DNA from: Rozella allomycis CSF55
Taxonomy: Eukaryota
Assembly (NCBI GenBank): GCA_000442015.1
Contig: KE560926.1
Location: forward strand, 45,698-65,697
Direction: 5' to 3'
Length of the DNA stretch: 20,000 nt
Part shown: one piece after another, positions 19,856 through 20,000 of the stretch
Position numbering within the stretch: the stretch's first letter is position 1
Layout of the letters: every line of letters starts with the position of its first letter
Made by a program: the position numbers and the translations under genes
The notes under the pieces: generated by a model
What the model was told of the DNA's origin: nothing
Databases searched by the model: none
Seen by the model: the letters and a program-made list of their open reading frames with translations, nothing else

Positions 19856-20000
19856 GACAAACAACTGAAGGCACAAATGTTGTTTTGATAAGAAAATCGA
19901 CGGCATAAAATCAATCCGTATATATAGAAATTCGGTCTTATCGCTGTATAGGTGTCCAAAAGCACTTCCAAGTCATCCAAAGTGCCAAGATTTTGAATAT

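Noticed and set aside
19200-20000. Possible gene or transposon remnant (acidic 64-aa ORF 19626-19820; minus-strand ORFs 19685-19980)
   Set aside because: I could not build a consistent spliced model or recognise any domain, and the ORFs are affected by the artefactual duplication at N19825. Left unannotated.

Overview
AT-rich, extremely compact eukaryotic DNA with tiny spliceosomal introns. It looks like an early-diverging zoosporic fungus such as a Rozella-like lineage; that is inference only. I spliced the genes by hand. In order: the 3' end of BRE1 (+), SPT2 (-), thiamine pyrophosphokinase (+), an AMMECR1-family gene (-), XRN2/RAT1 (+), a 25-exon gene of about 3,430 aa with roughly 20 ASH/Ig-like modules (HYDIN-like, -), and TXNL1 (thioredoxin + PITH, -) cut by an assembly gap. 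The main observation concerns intron length. All 30 simple introns I resolved are 26-31 nt. The only longer introns (57, 84, 85, 149 and 153 nt, all in the giant gene) divide exactly into back-to-back 27-33 nt GT...AG units with zero-length exons between them (2, 3, 3, 5 and 5 units). All five arrays sit at an exonic AG|GT site, and none of the 30 simple introns does. This suggests tandem mini-intron arrays that arose by duplication and are removed by recursive splicing. Three of the four single-N positions are flanked by duplicated sequence that looks like assembly overlap or allelic copies.
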